64,000 nucleotides of DNA. Source: a candidate division WOR-3 bacterium (GTDB lineage: Bacteria; Hydrothermota; Tepidihabitantia; Tepidihabitantales; Tepidihabitantaceae). A program made the translations under genes and the position numbers. The notes beneath the pieces were generated by a model. It was not told where the DNA came from, did no database searches, and saw only the letters and a program-made list of their open reading frames with translations. Where the stretch lies: positions 59,225 through 123,224 of the forward strand of contig CBFGIT010000008.1 of assembly GCA_965648905.1 (NCBI GenBank), given 5' to 3'. Of this stretch, positions 8,795 through 17,986 are shown one piece after another (within the stretch, counting starts at the first letter, position 1; each line of letters opens with the position of its first letter).

Positions 8795-11659
8795 CTACCT
8801 TACCAGCACGAACCGGGCAACGTGGCGATGGAAGGTGGTGTGGAGGACCGCGGCGTACAGGCCGGCCGCAACCGGTTTGCCGGCCTGATTCCTGCCGTCC
8901 CAGAACGCGCCCGCTGCTTCAAGCGTGGCCTTGTCGCCCGACGCACCGTACCGACCCGGCCGCGACAGCACTGCTCCGTTCAGGACCGACTCATACACCA
9001 TCACACCGGATGACGAGTAGACCCTGAGCTTGGCATCGGTAACCGGACGGGTCAGATTGATTGGAAAGTAGACCCGGTTGTGCTCAGTCGGGACAAAAGG
9101 ATTCGGGAAGATCGTGCCGATGCCGTCACCGACGATATCAGGAGTCTCTGGCCCAGGCGGATAAAGCCGGTACACCGAATCGACCCTGGGCACGCCGTAA
9201 CCGAAGGTGCAGCTCTTCACCGAACGCGTGGCAGTCGCGAAGAGCACGGCTTTCACCGACTCGGCACTCCACTGTGGTCGTACTTCTTTCACCAGCGCAC
9301 ACACGCCGGCCACCAGAGCGGTCGCACAAGAAGTACCGACCGCGCCGTCCAGCCAGTCGAGCGAATCCGGAGCGACCACTGCCACTGTGTCGCACAGCGC
9401 CACCAGGTCAGGCTTAGTGCGGCCGTCCGCCGTTGGTCCGGTTCCGGTGTGGCGCCACGGAGTCAGGTTTTTCTGGACTCCGCCGACCGTGATAACATTC
9501 TCAGCATCGCCCGGTGTGACGATGTAGGGCCCGGGCCAGGGGTTGACCGTCGTATCCCGGTTGCCCATGGCCGTGACCACGACCACGCCGCGGCGGGCAG
9601 CAAGGTCGGCGGCAATTGAGACCAGCGCGGTCTTGCCGTCGAGCTGGCTCGGTGAGTACCAGCCGCGATAACCGAGCGAAGACGAGACGATATCAGCACC
9701 GATGCGCTCGGCCCACTCCAGCGCCTCAATATAGGTATCTTCTTCCATGTTGTACTCGTAGAAACGGTTGGAGCGAACCTTGTACAGCTCGGTCTTGGCA
9801 ACAATCAGGTCAACACCAGGTGCAATACCGACCAGCCCGCCCTGCTGCCAGCCGGCAATGATTGACGCCATGCGTGTACCGTGGTCCGGCTGCTGAGGTG
9901 AGAACTTGGCCGTATCTGAATCTTCCCAGACCGTGTTGTCGTCTCCGCGCTTGAACCAGACCGCCAGTTCACTCTGACCCGTCCCGACCAGTGCCGGCAT
10001 GTAGCAGAACCCGGCAGTGTCGAGTGGCCCGGTCCTGCTCCAGGATACTCCGTCGTCAGTTGACTGCGCACGGTAGAGCAATCCGCCGGTCTCATAGAGT
10101 ACCGAAAGCCGGCCCGCCTGGTCCTGCCTGGGACTGAAACTGCCGACCGACAGCGTGCTCTCAGCCACAAGACCGGCCTGAGCCCAGTTCTGCCCCCGGT
10201 CGCGCGATACCAGCAGGGCAAGACGCACCAGGCCGTTTTCCGATTCATTCTTGTAGTAAAGAGACAGGTTGTCACCATTCTGCGTTAGGCGGCAGGCTCG
10301 CGCCCCAACAGCGGCCAGCTCACGACCGGGTCCAAAACTCACGCCGCCGTCGGTCGAACTGAACTGCAGTAGCCGACCGGACTTGTACCCGTTGGCAACG
10401 ATGTCAATGCTGCCGCCCGGTCCGACCGCGACCTGAGGGTATGCCACCGGCTCGCCAGCACTGAACACATTCGCCAGCAGCGGCTCGGGCGCGGGCATGA
10501 CAATCGATGCTTTCCAGAGCACCAGCAGCGATTCAGCCCGGACCGCTGTGACATAGAGCGTGTCCCCGGCAACCGCGATGCCGGGAAAGCGTCCTGAACC
10601 CAGGTACATGCTCGTCCCATACCAGTCTGTGCCGATGTACCAACCGAGATAGACATTAGCACTGGCATCGGCTCCGGCCGGGGCCAGCTCGTCATAGACA
10701 AGGTAGGAAGTGAACCGGTTCGTCGCAAAGTTGAGATTCTCACAGGTGTTGTCGAACGGCCTGGACCGGACAATCGGGGTCGGGTCTGACCAGGTTCGGC
10801 CGGCATCAGTGGTGTGGCAGGTGAAGATGACCCGGACCGGCGGGTTGTAGCCATAGGCGAAGCTGTCGGCAACAAAGGCCAGTAGACAGGTATCGATTGA
10901 GCCGTTGACCGTGGTGAGTGCCGGGTCGCGCACCAGACCTAAGTAGCGCAGGTTGTCAATCTGCCCGGGCTGCCAGTTGTCGGAACGGGCCGAGAAGAAG
11001 TTGTCGCCCGACAGGAAGTCGTGCTGCTTGTGGATGCGCAGTCGGGCGACCGCCCGGTTGCGCAGCTTAAGACCGGTATCAAACAGGGCAAGCTTGACGT
11101 TCGCGCCCGAGAAACCGCGGAACGCGACCTCAGGCACACCCATCATCTGCGCCTGGTCAAAGGACGAGCCGTAGAACCGTCGGTATTCCGCGGTGTCGGC
11201 CCGGCGCGAATCGAGCGGTTCGAACCGGGCAAGAGGGAACGTCGGGACGCCGTCGGCCGCATGGACCCCCACCGCCTTGACGTCGTAGACGAACGGCAGC
11301 GCGTAGACCGCCGGGACAACTGAGGCCGGCAGGATGAAGCTCGCCGCATTGAGCCAGTTCGACACTGTCCGCCGACGACCGCCCAGGGCCTCAATTGCAC
11401 GGACATACTGCTCGCGCACCGGCAGGTCGTCGAAGTCGAATCCGCCAATCAACTCACGACCACGGCGCGCCGCCACATCCGGCGCGGCCTGAGCCGCAAC
11501 TGCACTCCGTGCCCGAAGGTAGTCAGCTTCGCTGAACACGCCCTTGTCCGTGAAGAAGACCCAGACGTGGTTGGTCCGAAGCACCGGGACCTGGGTCTTG
11601 TCCGGCACGCGCACCAGGCTTGTGCCGAGAAGCAGCAGGAAAACAATTGCCGGGTTCAT
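8795..11659 (-). CDS. Secreted S8 (subtilisin-like) serine peptidase with internal BNR/Asp-box region and FlgD-Ig-like C-terminal domain
   Basis: FDTG (Asp), DHGT (His), AMGN, GTSCAT (Ser); Asp-boxes TTDAGRTW, STDGGVSF, SRDRGQNW, STDDGVSW; tail FPNPF...WDGRNQAGKPVAAGLY. Confidence 0.85.
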   Translation of the reverse strand: MNPAIVFLLLLGTSLVRVPDKTQVPVLRTNHVWVFFTDKGVFSEADYLRARSAVAAQAAPDVAARRGRELIGGFDFDDLPVREQYVRAIEALGGRRRTVSNWLNAASFILPASVVPAVYALPFVYDVKAVGVHAADGVPTFPLARFEPLDSRRADTAEYRRFYGSSFDQAQMMGVPEVAFRGFSGANVKLALFDTGLKLRNRAVARLRIHKQHDFLSGDNFFSARSDNWQPGQIDNLRYLGLVRDPALTTVNGSIDTCLLAFVADSFAYGYNPPVRVIFTCHTTDAGRTWSDPTPIVRSRPFDNTCENLNFATNRFTSYLVYDELAPAGADASANVYLGWYIGTDWYGTSMYLGSGRFPGIAVAGDTLYVTAVRAESLLVLWKASIVMPAPEPLLANVFSAGEPVAYPQVAVGPGGSIDIVANGYKSGRLLQFSSTDGGVSFGPGRELAAVGARACRLTQNGDNLSLYYKNESENGLVRLALLVSRDRGQNWAQAGLVAESTLSVGSFSPRQDQAGRLSVLYETGGLLYRAQSTDDGVSWSRTGPLDTAGFCYMPALVGTGQSELAVWFKRGDDNTVWEDSDTAKFSPQQPDHGTRMASIIAGWQQGGLVGIAPGVDLIVAKTELYKVRSNRFYEYNMEEDTYIEALEWAERIGADIVSSSLGYRGWYSPSQLDGKTALVSIAADLAARRGVVVVTAMGNRDTTVNPWPGPYIVTPGDAENVITVGGVQKNLTPWRHTGTGPTADGRTKPDLVALCDTVAVVAPDSLDWLDGAVGTSCATALVAGVCALVKEVRPQWSAESVKAVLFATATRSVKSCTFGYGVPRVDSVYRLYPPGPETPDIVGDGIGTIFPNPFVPTEHNRVYFPINLTRPVTDAKLRVYSSSGVMVYESVLNGAVLSRPGRYGASGDKATLEAAGAFWDGRNQAGKPVAAGLYAAVLHTTFHRHVARFVLVR

Positions 11660-11661
11660 CG

Positions 11662-11973
11662 TCAGTCCCCGGACAGGAATCCGCCGAGCGTGCCGGCCAG
11701 ACCCAGAACCAGGATGCCGCCCAGTACGACCACGACCAGCACGGTGTTGGTAATGCCGAGAATCAAGCAGGTGCGGCCGACCCGCTTTGACTGGTCCGAC
11801 ACGCTGCCGGTAAGCAGCAGGATGCCGTAGAACAGACCGACCAGCGGATAGAGCAGCGAGAACACATAAAGCCAGGTAACCTGGGTGAGATAAAGGATAT
11901 CAATCAGGGCGTGCCAGCGGTCGAGTTGACGCGGCTGAAGTTGCTGAGTCTCGGTCGGTTCAGCGGTTGTCAT
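11662..11973 (-). CDS. Small membrane protein, hypothetical
   Basis: Two long hydrophobic segments; ATG at 11973 after GGGAGG. Confidence 0.65.
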   Translation of the reverse strand: MTTAEPTETQQLQPRQLDRWHALIDILYLTQVTWLYVFSLLYPLVGLFYGILLLTGSVSDQSKRVGRTCLILGITNTVLVVVVLGGILVLGLAGTLGGFLSGD

Positions 11974-12003
11974 GGGCCTCCCTTGACCAGGCAGAAAAGA
12001 AAG

Positions 12004-12077
12004 TACCCCGCGCCAGAATTGAACTGGCAACCCACGGATTAAGAATCCGTTGCTCTACCAAGTTGAGCTAGCGGGGC
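12004..12077 (-). tRNA. tRNA-Lys(CTT)
   Basis: GCCCCGC...GCGGGGT acceptor stem, anticodon arm ACGGA-TTCTTAA-TCCGT, T-loop TTCAATT; CCA not encoded. Confidence 0.93.
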
Positions 12078-12097
12078 ACAAGTGCAGTACCACGCGA

Positions 12098-12171
12098 CGC
12101 GCCCGGCGCGACTCGAACGCGCAACCTGCGGGTTCGAAGCCCGACGCTCTGTCCAGTTGAGCTACGGGCGC
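12098..12171 (-). tRNA. tRNA-Arg(TCG)
   Basis: GCGCCCG/CGGGCGC stem, anticodon loop CTTCGAA, TTCGAGT T-loop. Confidence 0.93.
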
Positions 12172-12265
12172 TGCTAGAGACGCCTCCGGCCGGTCGCCGG
12201 ACGTGAAGTGTAACGAAATCCGGCCAGGATGCAACCATCGCCGGCGCTGACGAACACAACACGAG

Positions 12266-12340
12266 GGTGAGTGAGGGGACTTGAACCCCCAACATCCTGA
12301 GCCACAGTCAGGTACTCTAACCAGTTGAGCTACACTCACC
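12266..12340 (-). tRNA. tRNA-His(GTG)
   Basis: G-1 encoded, GTGAGTG/CACTCAC stem with C discriminator, anticodon loop CTGTGGC. Confidence 0.93.
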
Positions 12341-12464
12341 ATTGGGGTGTACTGCTAGTATAGCGGACGCCGTTTTGATGTCCAGCGAGCGCGGTTTCCT
12401 TTGACGACCGCTGATTTCGCCGCTATATTCCCGCCGACCGATTCCAACAAAGGAGCCTCAGACT

Positions 12465-13448
12465 ATGAAAACGAAAGAAATGAAACGACTGCTCGTCACC
12501 GGCGCTGTCGGCCAGATTGGCTCGGAACTGACCCTGGCCCTGCGCCAGCGCTACGGCGCCGACAATGTGATTGCCACCGGCCGCAAGACCGCGCCGAGTC
12601 CGGAACTTAAGGACTCCGGCCCGTTCTACTTCATTGACGTCGCCCAGCGCGAGACTCTGGAAGAGGTCGTGCGCAAACACAACATTGACACGATTGTCCA
12701 TATGGCCGCCATCCTCTCCGCGGTCGGCGAGAAGGACCCGATGCGCTGCTGGGACGTCAACATCAACGGCACCCTGGTTGTGCTCGAATGTGCCCGTGCC
12801 CACGAAATGGCCCGGGTGATTATCCCCAGCTCGATTGCCGCTTTCGGCCCTGAGACCCCGCGCGTCAACACGCCGAACGACACGATCCTGAAGCCGCGCA
12901 CGATGTACGGCATCACCAAGGTCGCGGGCGAGCTTCTGGGCGACTACTACTTCCGCAAGTACGGACTCGACGTGCGCGGCCTGCGCTATCCGGGCATCAT
13001 CTCGCACATGACCCTGCCCGGCGGCGGCACCACCGACTTTGCGGTCGCCATCTATTTCGAGGCGGTCAAGAACCGGCGCTACACGTGCTTTGTGCGCGAG
13101 GACACGCGGCTGCCGATGATGTACATGCCCGACTGCATCAAGGCAACGATTGACCTGGCCGAGGCCGACCTGTCCCGGCTCGTCCACCACTGCGACTTCA
13201 ACGTCGGTGCGATGAGCTTCTCGGCCGGCGAGCTGGCCGCGTCCATCAAGAAGTACATCCCGGACTTCGTCTGCACCTACGAGCCGGACTTCCGTCAGGC
13301 AATCGCCGATTCCTGGCCCCAGTCACTCGACGATTCGGCCGCCCGCGAAGAATGGGGCTGGAAGCCGTCCTATGACCTCGACGCCATGACCAAAGACATG
13401 CTCGACGTTCTGACTCGCCGGCACCAGGCAGGCAAGCTCGGGTACTAG
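12465..13448 (+). CDS. tdh: L-threonine 3-dehydrogenase (GalE-like SDR type)
   Basis: TGAVGQIG, PSSIAAFG, MYGITK, PGGGTTD, LPMMYMPD, RQAIADSWP. Confidence 0.85.
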   Translation: MKTKEMKRLLVTGAVGQIGSELTLALRQRYGADNVIATGRKTAPSPELKDSGPFYFIDVAQRETLEEVVRKHNIDTIVHMAAILSAVGEKDPMRCWDVNINGTLVVLECARAHEMARVIIPSSIAAFGPETPRVNTPNDTILKPRTMYGITKVAGELLGDYYFRKYGLDVRGLRYPGIISHMTLPGGGTTDFAVAIYFEAVKNRRYTCFVREDTRLPMMYMPDCIKATIDLAEADLSRLVHHCDFNVGAMSFSAGELAASIKKYIPDFVCTYEPDFRQAIADSWPQSLDDSAAREEWGWKPSYDLDAMTKDMLDVLTRRHQAGKLGY

Positions 13449-13487
13449 CCTTGACCAGTGCTGTGGTTCTCCTAGACTATTCTCAAC

Positions 13488-13964
13488 GTGCTGTACTTTG
13501 AAAAGAAAGACCTGAGTCAGTACTTCAACCCGGATGGTATCCGGTACTATGAAGGCCGCGGCGAGATTGGGCTCTGCCTGCACCTGCCGCTGGTCAACTA
13601 CGTTGCCGGCACCTCGCCCGGCGAGGACTACATGCTGATGATCGCCGTCGCCAACGACCTGATTGAGTATCTGCTCTACAAGCGGCCGACCAAAGGCCCG
13701 GAAGCGTGGGACTACGATGCCGAGAGGGCAGCCGAAGTCTACACGGTCTGCGGCGACAACCCGAGCATCGCCGGCATCATCATCTACGACCGCAACTTCC
13801 TCGGCGGAGCCAAGCTCCAGGTGTTCCTGGACAAGACCTTCGGCTCGAACGAAATCGCGATCCGCTGGAAGAATCAGATGGTCGGCGACGAGCGCTTAAT
13901 CGACGACTACATCGCCTATCTTCAGGAGACACTCCGCAACGGCGGGGCCGGCGCGTCGGCCTGA
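13488..13964 (+). CDS. Hypothetical protein
   Basis: Strong GC3 codon bias, own promoter (TTGACC-16-TAGACT); no motif recognised. Confidence 0.75.
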   Translation: MLYFEKKDLSQYFNPDGIRYYEGRGEIGLCLHLPLVNYVAGTSPGEDYMLMIAVANDLIEYLLYKRPTKGPEAWDYDAERAAEVYTVCGDNPSIAGIIIYDRNFLGGAKLQVFLDKTFGSNEIAIRWKNQMVGDERLIDDYIAYLQETLRNGGAGASA

Positions 13965-13980
13965 GCCCCGAAGAGAGACC

Positions 13981-14658
13981 TTGGCTGCTCAAGAACCCGC
14001 CGTGATCCTGAGAGCCGTCACCCGGGACCCGGAAGTCATTGCTCTGGTCGAGGAGGCGGACCGGCAGCTCGCCACGCTCGGCTACACCGAACACGGCCCC
14101 CGGCATGCCCGGCTCGTGGCCAAGAACGCCAAGGCGGTTCTCACCGCGCTGGGATTCGATGAACGCGAAGCCGAGCTGGCCGCGATCGCCGGGTACCTGC
14201 ACGACATCGGCAACGTCGTCAATCGGGACCAGCACGAACGCACGAGCGCCCTCCTGGCGCGCGATGTCCTGCTGCGTCTGAGAATGGGCTACGGCGAGGC
14301 GGCCCAGGTCATGGCCGCCATCGGTAACCACCATGAGGAAGGCGGCAACCCGGTTTCCAACATCTCATCGGCGCTGATTCTTGCCGACAAGGCTGACGTC
14401 CACCGGAGCCGGGTGCGCAATCCCGAGCTGGTGAAGTTCGACATTCACGACCGCGTCAACTATGCGGTGAAGAAATCCGGGCTGAGCGTAGACAAGGCCG
14501 GCCGCCGCATCACCTTCGACCTGCAGGTTGATACCGCCATCGCGCCGGTGATGGAGTACTTCGAGATCTTCCTCGCCCGGATGCTCATCTCGCGCCGGGC
14601 CGCCGACTTCCTTGAGTGCCGCTTCGAGCTGGTCATCAACGGCACGCGCCTGGTCTAA
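13981..14658 (+). CDS. HD-domain phosphohydrolase
   Basis: LGYTEH, YLHDIGN, AIGNH, LILADKADV, DIHDRVNYAV. Confidence 0.9.
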   Translation: MAAQEPAVILRAVTRDPEVIALVEEADRQLATLGYTEHGPRHARLVAKNAKAVLTALGFDEREAELAAIAGYLHDIGNVVNRDQHERTSALLARDVLLRLRMGYGEAAQVMAAIGNHHEEGGNPVSNISSALILADKADVHRSRVRNPELVKFDIHDRVNYAVKKSGLSVDKAGRRITFDLQVDTAIAPVMEYFEIFLARMLISRRAADFLECRFELVINGTRLV

Positions 14659-14664
14659 CGCAGC

Positions 14665-16212
14665 CTAGCCGGTCCGATAGACCGAATCGAGCACGGTTCC
14701 GTCCACCCACTTGACGACGGCCACAACCTGGTCAGACAGCTTCGGTCGCGCCGGCCGACCGCACATCCGCTCAATCTCAGCCTTCATCTCCCCGATGTCT
14801 CTTATCGGCAACCCCGATCCTTTGATCGCATCGCGCAGGTCGGTCCGTCGCGGGTTGATAGCGATGCCCAGCTCGGTGACGACCACGTCGACCAGTTCGC
14901 CCGGCCCGACCAACGTGGTGACCCGGTCTACGATTATCGGCAGCCGGTCACGCATGGCCGGAACCGCAAGGATAACGCACTTGGCGAAAAGACAGTTCTG
15001 CCAGCCGCCGATGCCATGCCGCAGCCTGCCGTCAGAATGAGTCACCACGTTGGCGTTGAACTCGGTATCGACCTCGGTCGCCGACAGCACAGCAACGTCG
15101 AGCAGGTTTATGTAGTTACCCTTGGCATGGTAGTTGTAGCTCACGAGCGGTGAAATCGACACGTGCCCCCGGTTGACCGCAATCGAGCGCACCGCCTCAA
15201 GGTCGAACGCCTGGCCGTCCACCAGCGCTGGGGCCAGTCCCTGTTCGAGCATCCGGACCAGGTAACGGGTTGTGCCGCCATGTATCCATCCGGCCTTGAC
15301 ACCTTCAGCCTTCATCATGTCGGCAAGGTACACGGCAAACGCCAGTGAGATACCACCTGCTCCGCCCTGAAAACTGAACCCGTCCTTCAAGATTCCCGAC
15401 TCCCTGATGAATCGGGCGACTAGCTCAGCAATGTAGAGCCGGTCCGGCGAGCGGGTGACTTCGGTCGTACCGGACATGATTTTCGCCGGGTTGCCGATTG
15501 AGTCCTGTTGAACCACAAAGTCGACGTGGGTTCCGTTGAGCTGAAATGGAATGCAAGGAAACGGAACCAGGTTGTTGGTGACAATCACCGTGCGGTCCGC
15601 GTACATCGTGTCTGCGACCGCATAGCCGAGTACACCGCAGGCAGAGTCACCCTTGATACCGTTGGCATTACCGAACTTGTCTGCCGCCGGCGCGGCCAGG
15701 ACCGCGATGTCGATGTGAATCTCGCCGTCCTGAATCGCCTGGGCCCGGCCACCGTGCGACCGCAGAACCCCGAGCCCGCGCATCCGACCCTGGGTGCAGT
15801 AATCGCCGAGCGGGCCGTTGAGGCTGCCTTCGATGTGATGAATGACACCGGCGTCAAGGTGCTTCATGATCGGAGCATGGCATGGAAACGCCGCGGACGG
15901 GTACCAGACCAAATCCTTCAGTCCCATCTCGGCGCAGATGTCAAAGAGCTGCAAAGGCAGGGTGTCGCCGTCGCGGAAGTGATGGTGCGTGGAAATGCAC
16001 ATGCCGTCACGGATGCCGCACTTCTCAAGCGCAGTGCGCAAGTCCGGCACGGTCTTGTCACCGTTGTCCGGGTAGTCGATACAGGTCGGAATCTGGGGAC
16101 AGGCCTTGCGCCCCGAAGGCCGATGCTTGCCCACGCCGGCAAACGGAACCGCGGGTCTGCCATTGACTTCAGTCGGGACCTTTCGGCCCAGCGCGTTCTC
16201 AACGAGCTTCAT
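14665..16212 (-). CDS. citF: Citrate lyase alpha subunit-like (ACP/CoA transferase)
   Basis: STHHHFRDGD, RSHGGR, SATEVDTEFNANV, GIGG, DVVVTELGIAINP. Confidence 0.92.
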   Translation of the reverse strand: MKLVENALGRKVPTEVNGRPAVPFAGVGKHRPSGRKACPQIPTCIDYPDNGDKTVPDLRTALEKCGIRDGMCISTHHHFRDGDTLPLQLFDICAEMGLKDLVWYPSAAFPCHAPIMKHLDAGVIHHIEGSLNGPLGDYCTQGRMRGLGVLRSHGGRAQAIQDGEIHIDIAVLAAPAADKFGNANGIKGDSACGVLGYAVADTMYADRTVIVTNNLVPFPCIPFQLNGTHVDFVVQQDSIGNPAKIMSGTTEVTRSPDRLYIAELVARFIRESGILKDGFSFQGGAGGISLAFAVYLADMMKAEGVKAGWIHGGTTRYLVRMLEQGLAPALVDGQAFDLEAVRSIAVNRGHVSISPLVSYNYHAKGNYINLLDVAVLSATEVDTEFNANVVTHSDGRLRHGIGGWQNCLFAKCVILAVPAMRDRLPIIVDRVTTLVGPGELVDVVVTELGIAINPRRTDLRDAIKGSGLPIRDIGEMKAEIERMCGRPARPKLSDQVVAVVKWVDGTVLDSVYRTG

Positions 16213-17405
16213 GCACTCTCCTTGTCCCAGCCCGAAACCAGCCGTCCCAGCTTCTCGGCCAGTTCGACCGTGCGCAGGCAGCGCTTCACCACTGGTGCGT
16301 CAACCATCTTCGAGCCGACCGCAACCGCGCCATGACCCTGAGCCCGAGCCTTGCGATAAGCCAGCACCACTTTCCTTGCCTGCTCAACCTCGTCGACCGA
16401 AGGCGTGAATGCCTCATTCACCACCGGTATCTGACGCGGGTGGACGCAGCCCTTGCCTTCAAACCCGAACTCGCGGGCAACGCGGCAACTGGCCGCCAGT
16501 CCTTCGAGGTCATCGACGTTACCGTAGACCGTATCTATCGGCTGGACCCCGGCCGCCCGGGCTGCATTCACGACCTGGGACCGGGCCCAGACCGTCTCAA
16601 GCCCGGCTTGGGTTTTACTTGCGCCGGTGTCGGCCAGGTAGTCTTCCATTCCCCAGGTCAGGGCTGCGACCCGTTCCGATGCACGGGCAATCCTAGCCGC
16701 TTCGAACATACCCTGCGCGGTCTCGATAATCGGCATCAACCACACCTCAGTTGAGGCCTGCTTCAATCGCCGGTCCAACTCCTTGATATCGTCCTCAACC
16801 TCGCACTTGGGCACAAGTATCAGGTTCGCACCCGCCCTGACCAGCGTATCCAGCTCATCCAGGCCGCGCGGCAACTGGTTGACGCGCACCATCCGTTCAC
16901 AGTCTCCAAAGTCCACGACCCGCAGGGCATTGCGGACAAGAACGAGCGCCGCGTCTTTCTCTTCAGGTGGCACCGAATCCTCCAGGTCAAGAATCACCGC
17001 GTCTGCGCCGTGGATTCGCGCGTTGACCATGAACCGTGCCTCATTGCCTGGCAGATAGAGCCGCGACCGGCGCCAGTGGTCGCGGGCCGAAGGCCGGGCA
17101 AAGGTCGGGCCAGCCTCAGGCAGCCATTCCTTGACTGCCTGGCCCGGCTTTGCCCGCCGAACTGCAGCTTCAAGCCGGGCCATGATAACAAACGGCAGCG
17201 CGCCTCTGTCCTCCACCTGCACCTTCGCGTGCTTGACGCCAAAGAACTCAAGCCCTTCCCTCGCCAGTGCTCTAATACTCTCCCCGTACATCGCCTCGAC
17301 TTTGCTCTTCACGTCAAGCTGAATGCCGCCCGACTTCTCCAGCTCGACCGAGACCCAGACGTCGCTTCGGACCCCTTCGCCGCGCAGTCCTGCCTGGCCG
17401 GTCAT
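16209..17405 (-). CDS. citE: Fused citrate-lyase-like acyl carrier protein (CitD) + beta/lyase subunit (CitE)
   Basis: N-terminal ~85 aa CitD-like (VRSDVWV...DRGALPFVIMARLEAA), then RSRLYLPGN, LDLEDSV, IIET, GKGCVHPRQI, MVDAPV. Confidence 0.9.
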   Translation of the reverse strand: MTGQAGLRGEGVRSDVWVSVELEKSGGIQLDVKSKVEAMYGESIRALAREGLEFFGVKHAKVQVEDRGALPFVIMARLEAAVRRAKPGQAVKEWLPEAGPTFARPSARDHWRRSRLYLPGNEARFMVNARIHGADAVILDLEDSVPPEEKDAALVLVRNALRVVDFGDCERMVRVNQLPRGLDELDTLVRAGANLILVPKCEVEDDIKELDRRLKQASTEVWLMPIIETAQGMFEAARIARASERVAALTWGMEDYLADTGASKTQAGLETVWARSQVVNAARAAGVQPIDTVYGNVDDLEGLAASCRVAREFGFEGKGCVHPRQIPVVNEAFTPSVDEVEQARKVVLAYRKARAQGHGAVAVGSKMVDAPVVKRCLRTVELAEKLGRLVSGWDKESA

Positions 17406-17406
17406 G

Positions 17407-17901
17407 CTAGGCTCCTGCCTTGCGCGCGGCCAGCTTGCGCCGCGTGAACTCCAGGAGTCCGCCTGCCTCGCAGATCGCGAGAATCTCCTGAGGCAGCTTC
17501 GGGAAGGTATAGGTCTTGTCTCCCACCTTTATTGTCCCTGCGGCCGCATCCAGCTCAACCGCCATTCCCGGCTCGTACGCATCGACCGCGTCCGGAGCCT
17601 CGACCAGAAGCAACCCCTGGTTGATGGCGGCCCGGTAGAAGATGCGGGCAAAACTCCGGGCAACAATTGCCTGCACACCCACGGCCTTGAGTCCGACAAC
17701 CGGCTGCTCCCGCGACGACCCGCATCCGAAGTTCTTGCCTGCCATCACGATGTCGCCCGGCTGCACCGCCTTGGCAAACTCCGGGTCAAGGTCCTCAAGC
17801 AGATGCGGCTTAATCTCCTCCGGCTTCGAGCAGGTATAGGTGTACTTGCCCGGAAAGAGCATGTCGGTATTGATATCGTCACCATACTTCCAGACTCTCA
17901 T
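17407..17901 (-). CDS. Aconitase-family (LeuD/HacB/DmdB-type) hydratase small subunit
   Basis: GDDINTD, GKNFGCGSSRE, SFARIFYR, GGLL. Confidence 0.92.
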   Translation of the reverse strand: MRVWKYGDDINTDMLFPGKYTYTCSKPEEIKPHLLEDLDPEFAKAVQPGDIVMAGKNFGCGSSREQPVVGLKAVGVQAIVARSFARIFYRAAINQGLLLVEAPDAVDAYEPGMAVELDAAAGTIKVGDKTYTFPKLPQEILAICEAGGLLEFTRRKLAARKAGA

Positions 17902-17940
17902 ACTTCACCTCCACAGGCAATGCCGGTCGGCTCGGTCAGC

Positions 17941-17975
17941 TCTGGCTTCTGCATTCTGGCTTCTGGATTCTGCCT
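17941..17975. repeat. Five 7-bp tandem units (TCTGSNT)
   Basis: tctggct tctgcat tctggct tctggat tctgcct. Confidence 0.8.
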
Positions 17976-17986
17976 ACGTCCTGCCA

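Noticed and set aside
12055..12342. ORFs across the tRNA cluster
   Set aside because: The sequence is accounted for by three tRNA genes
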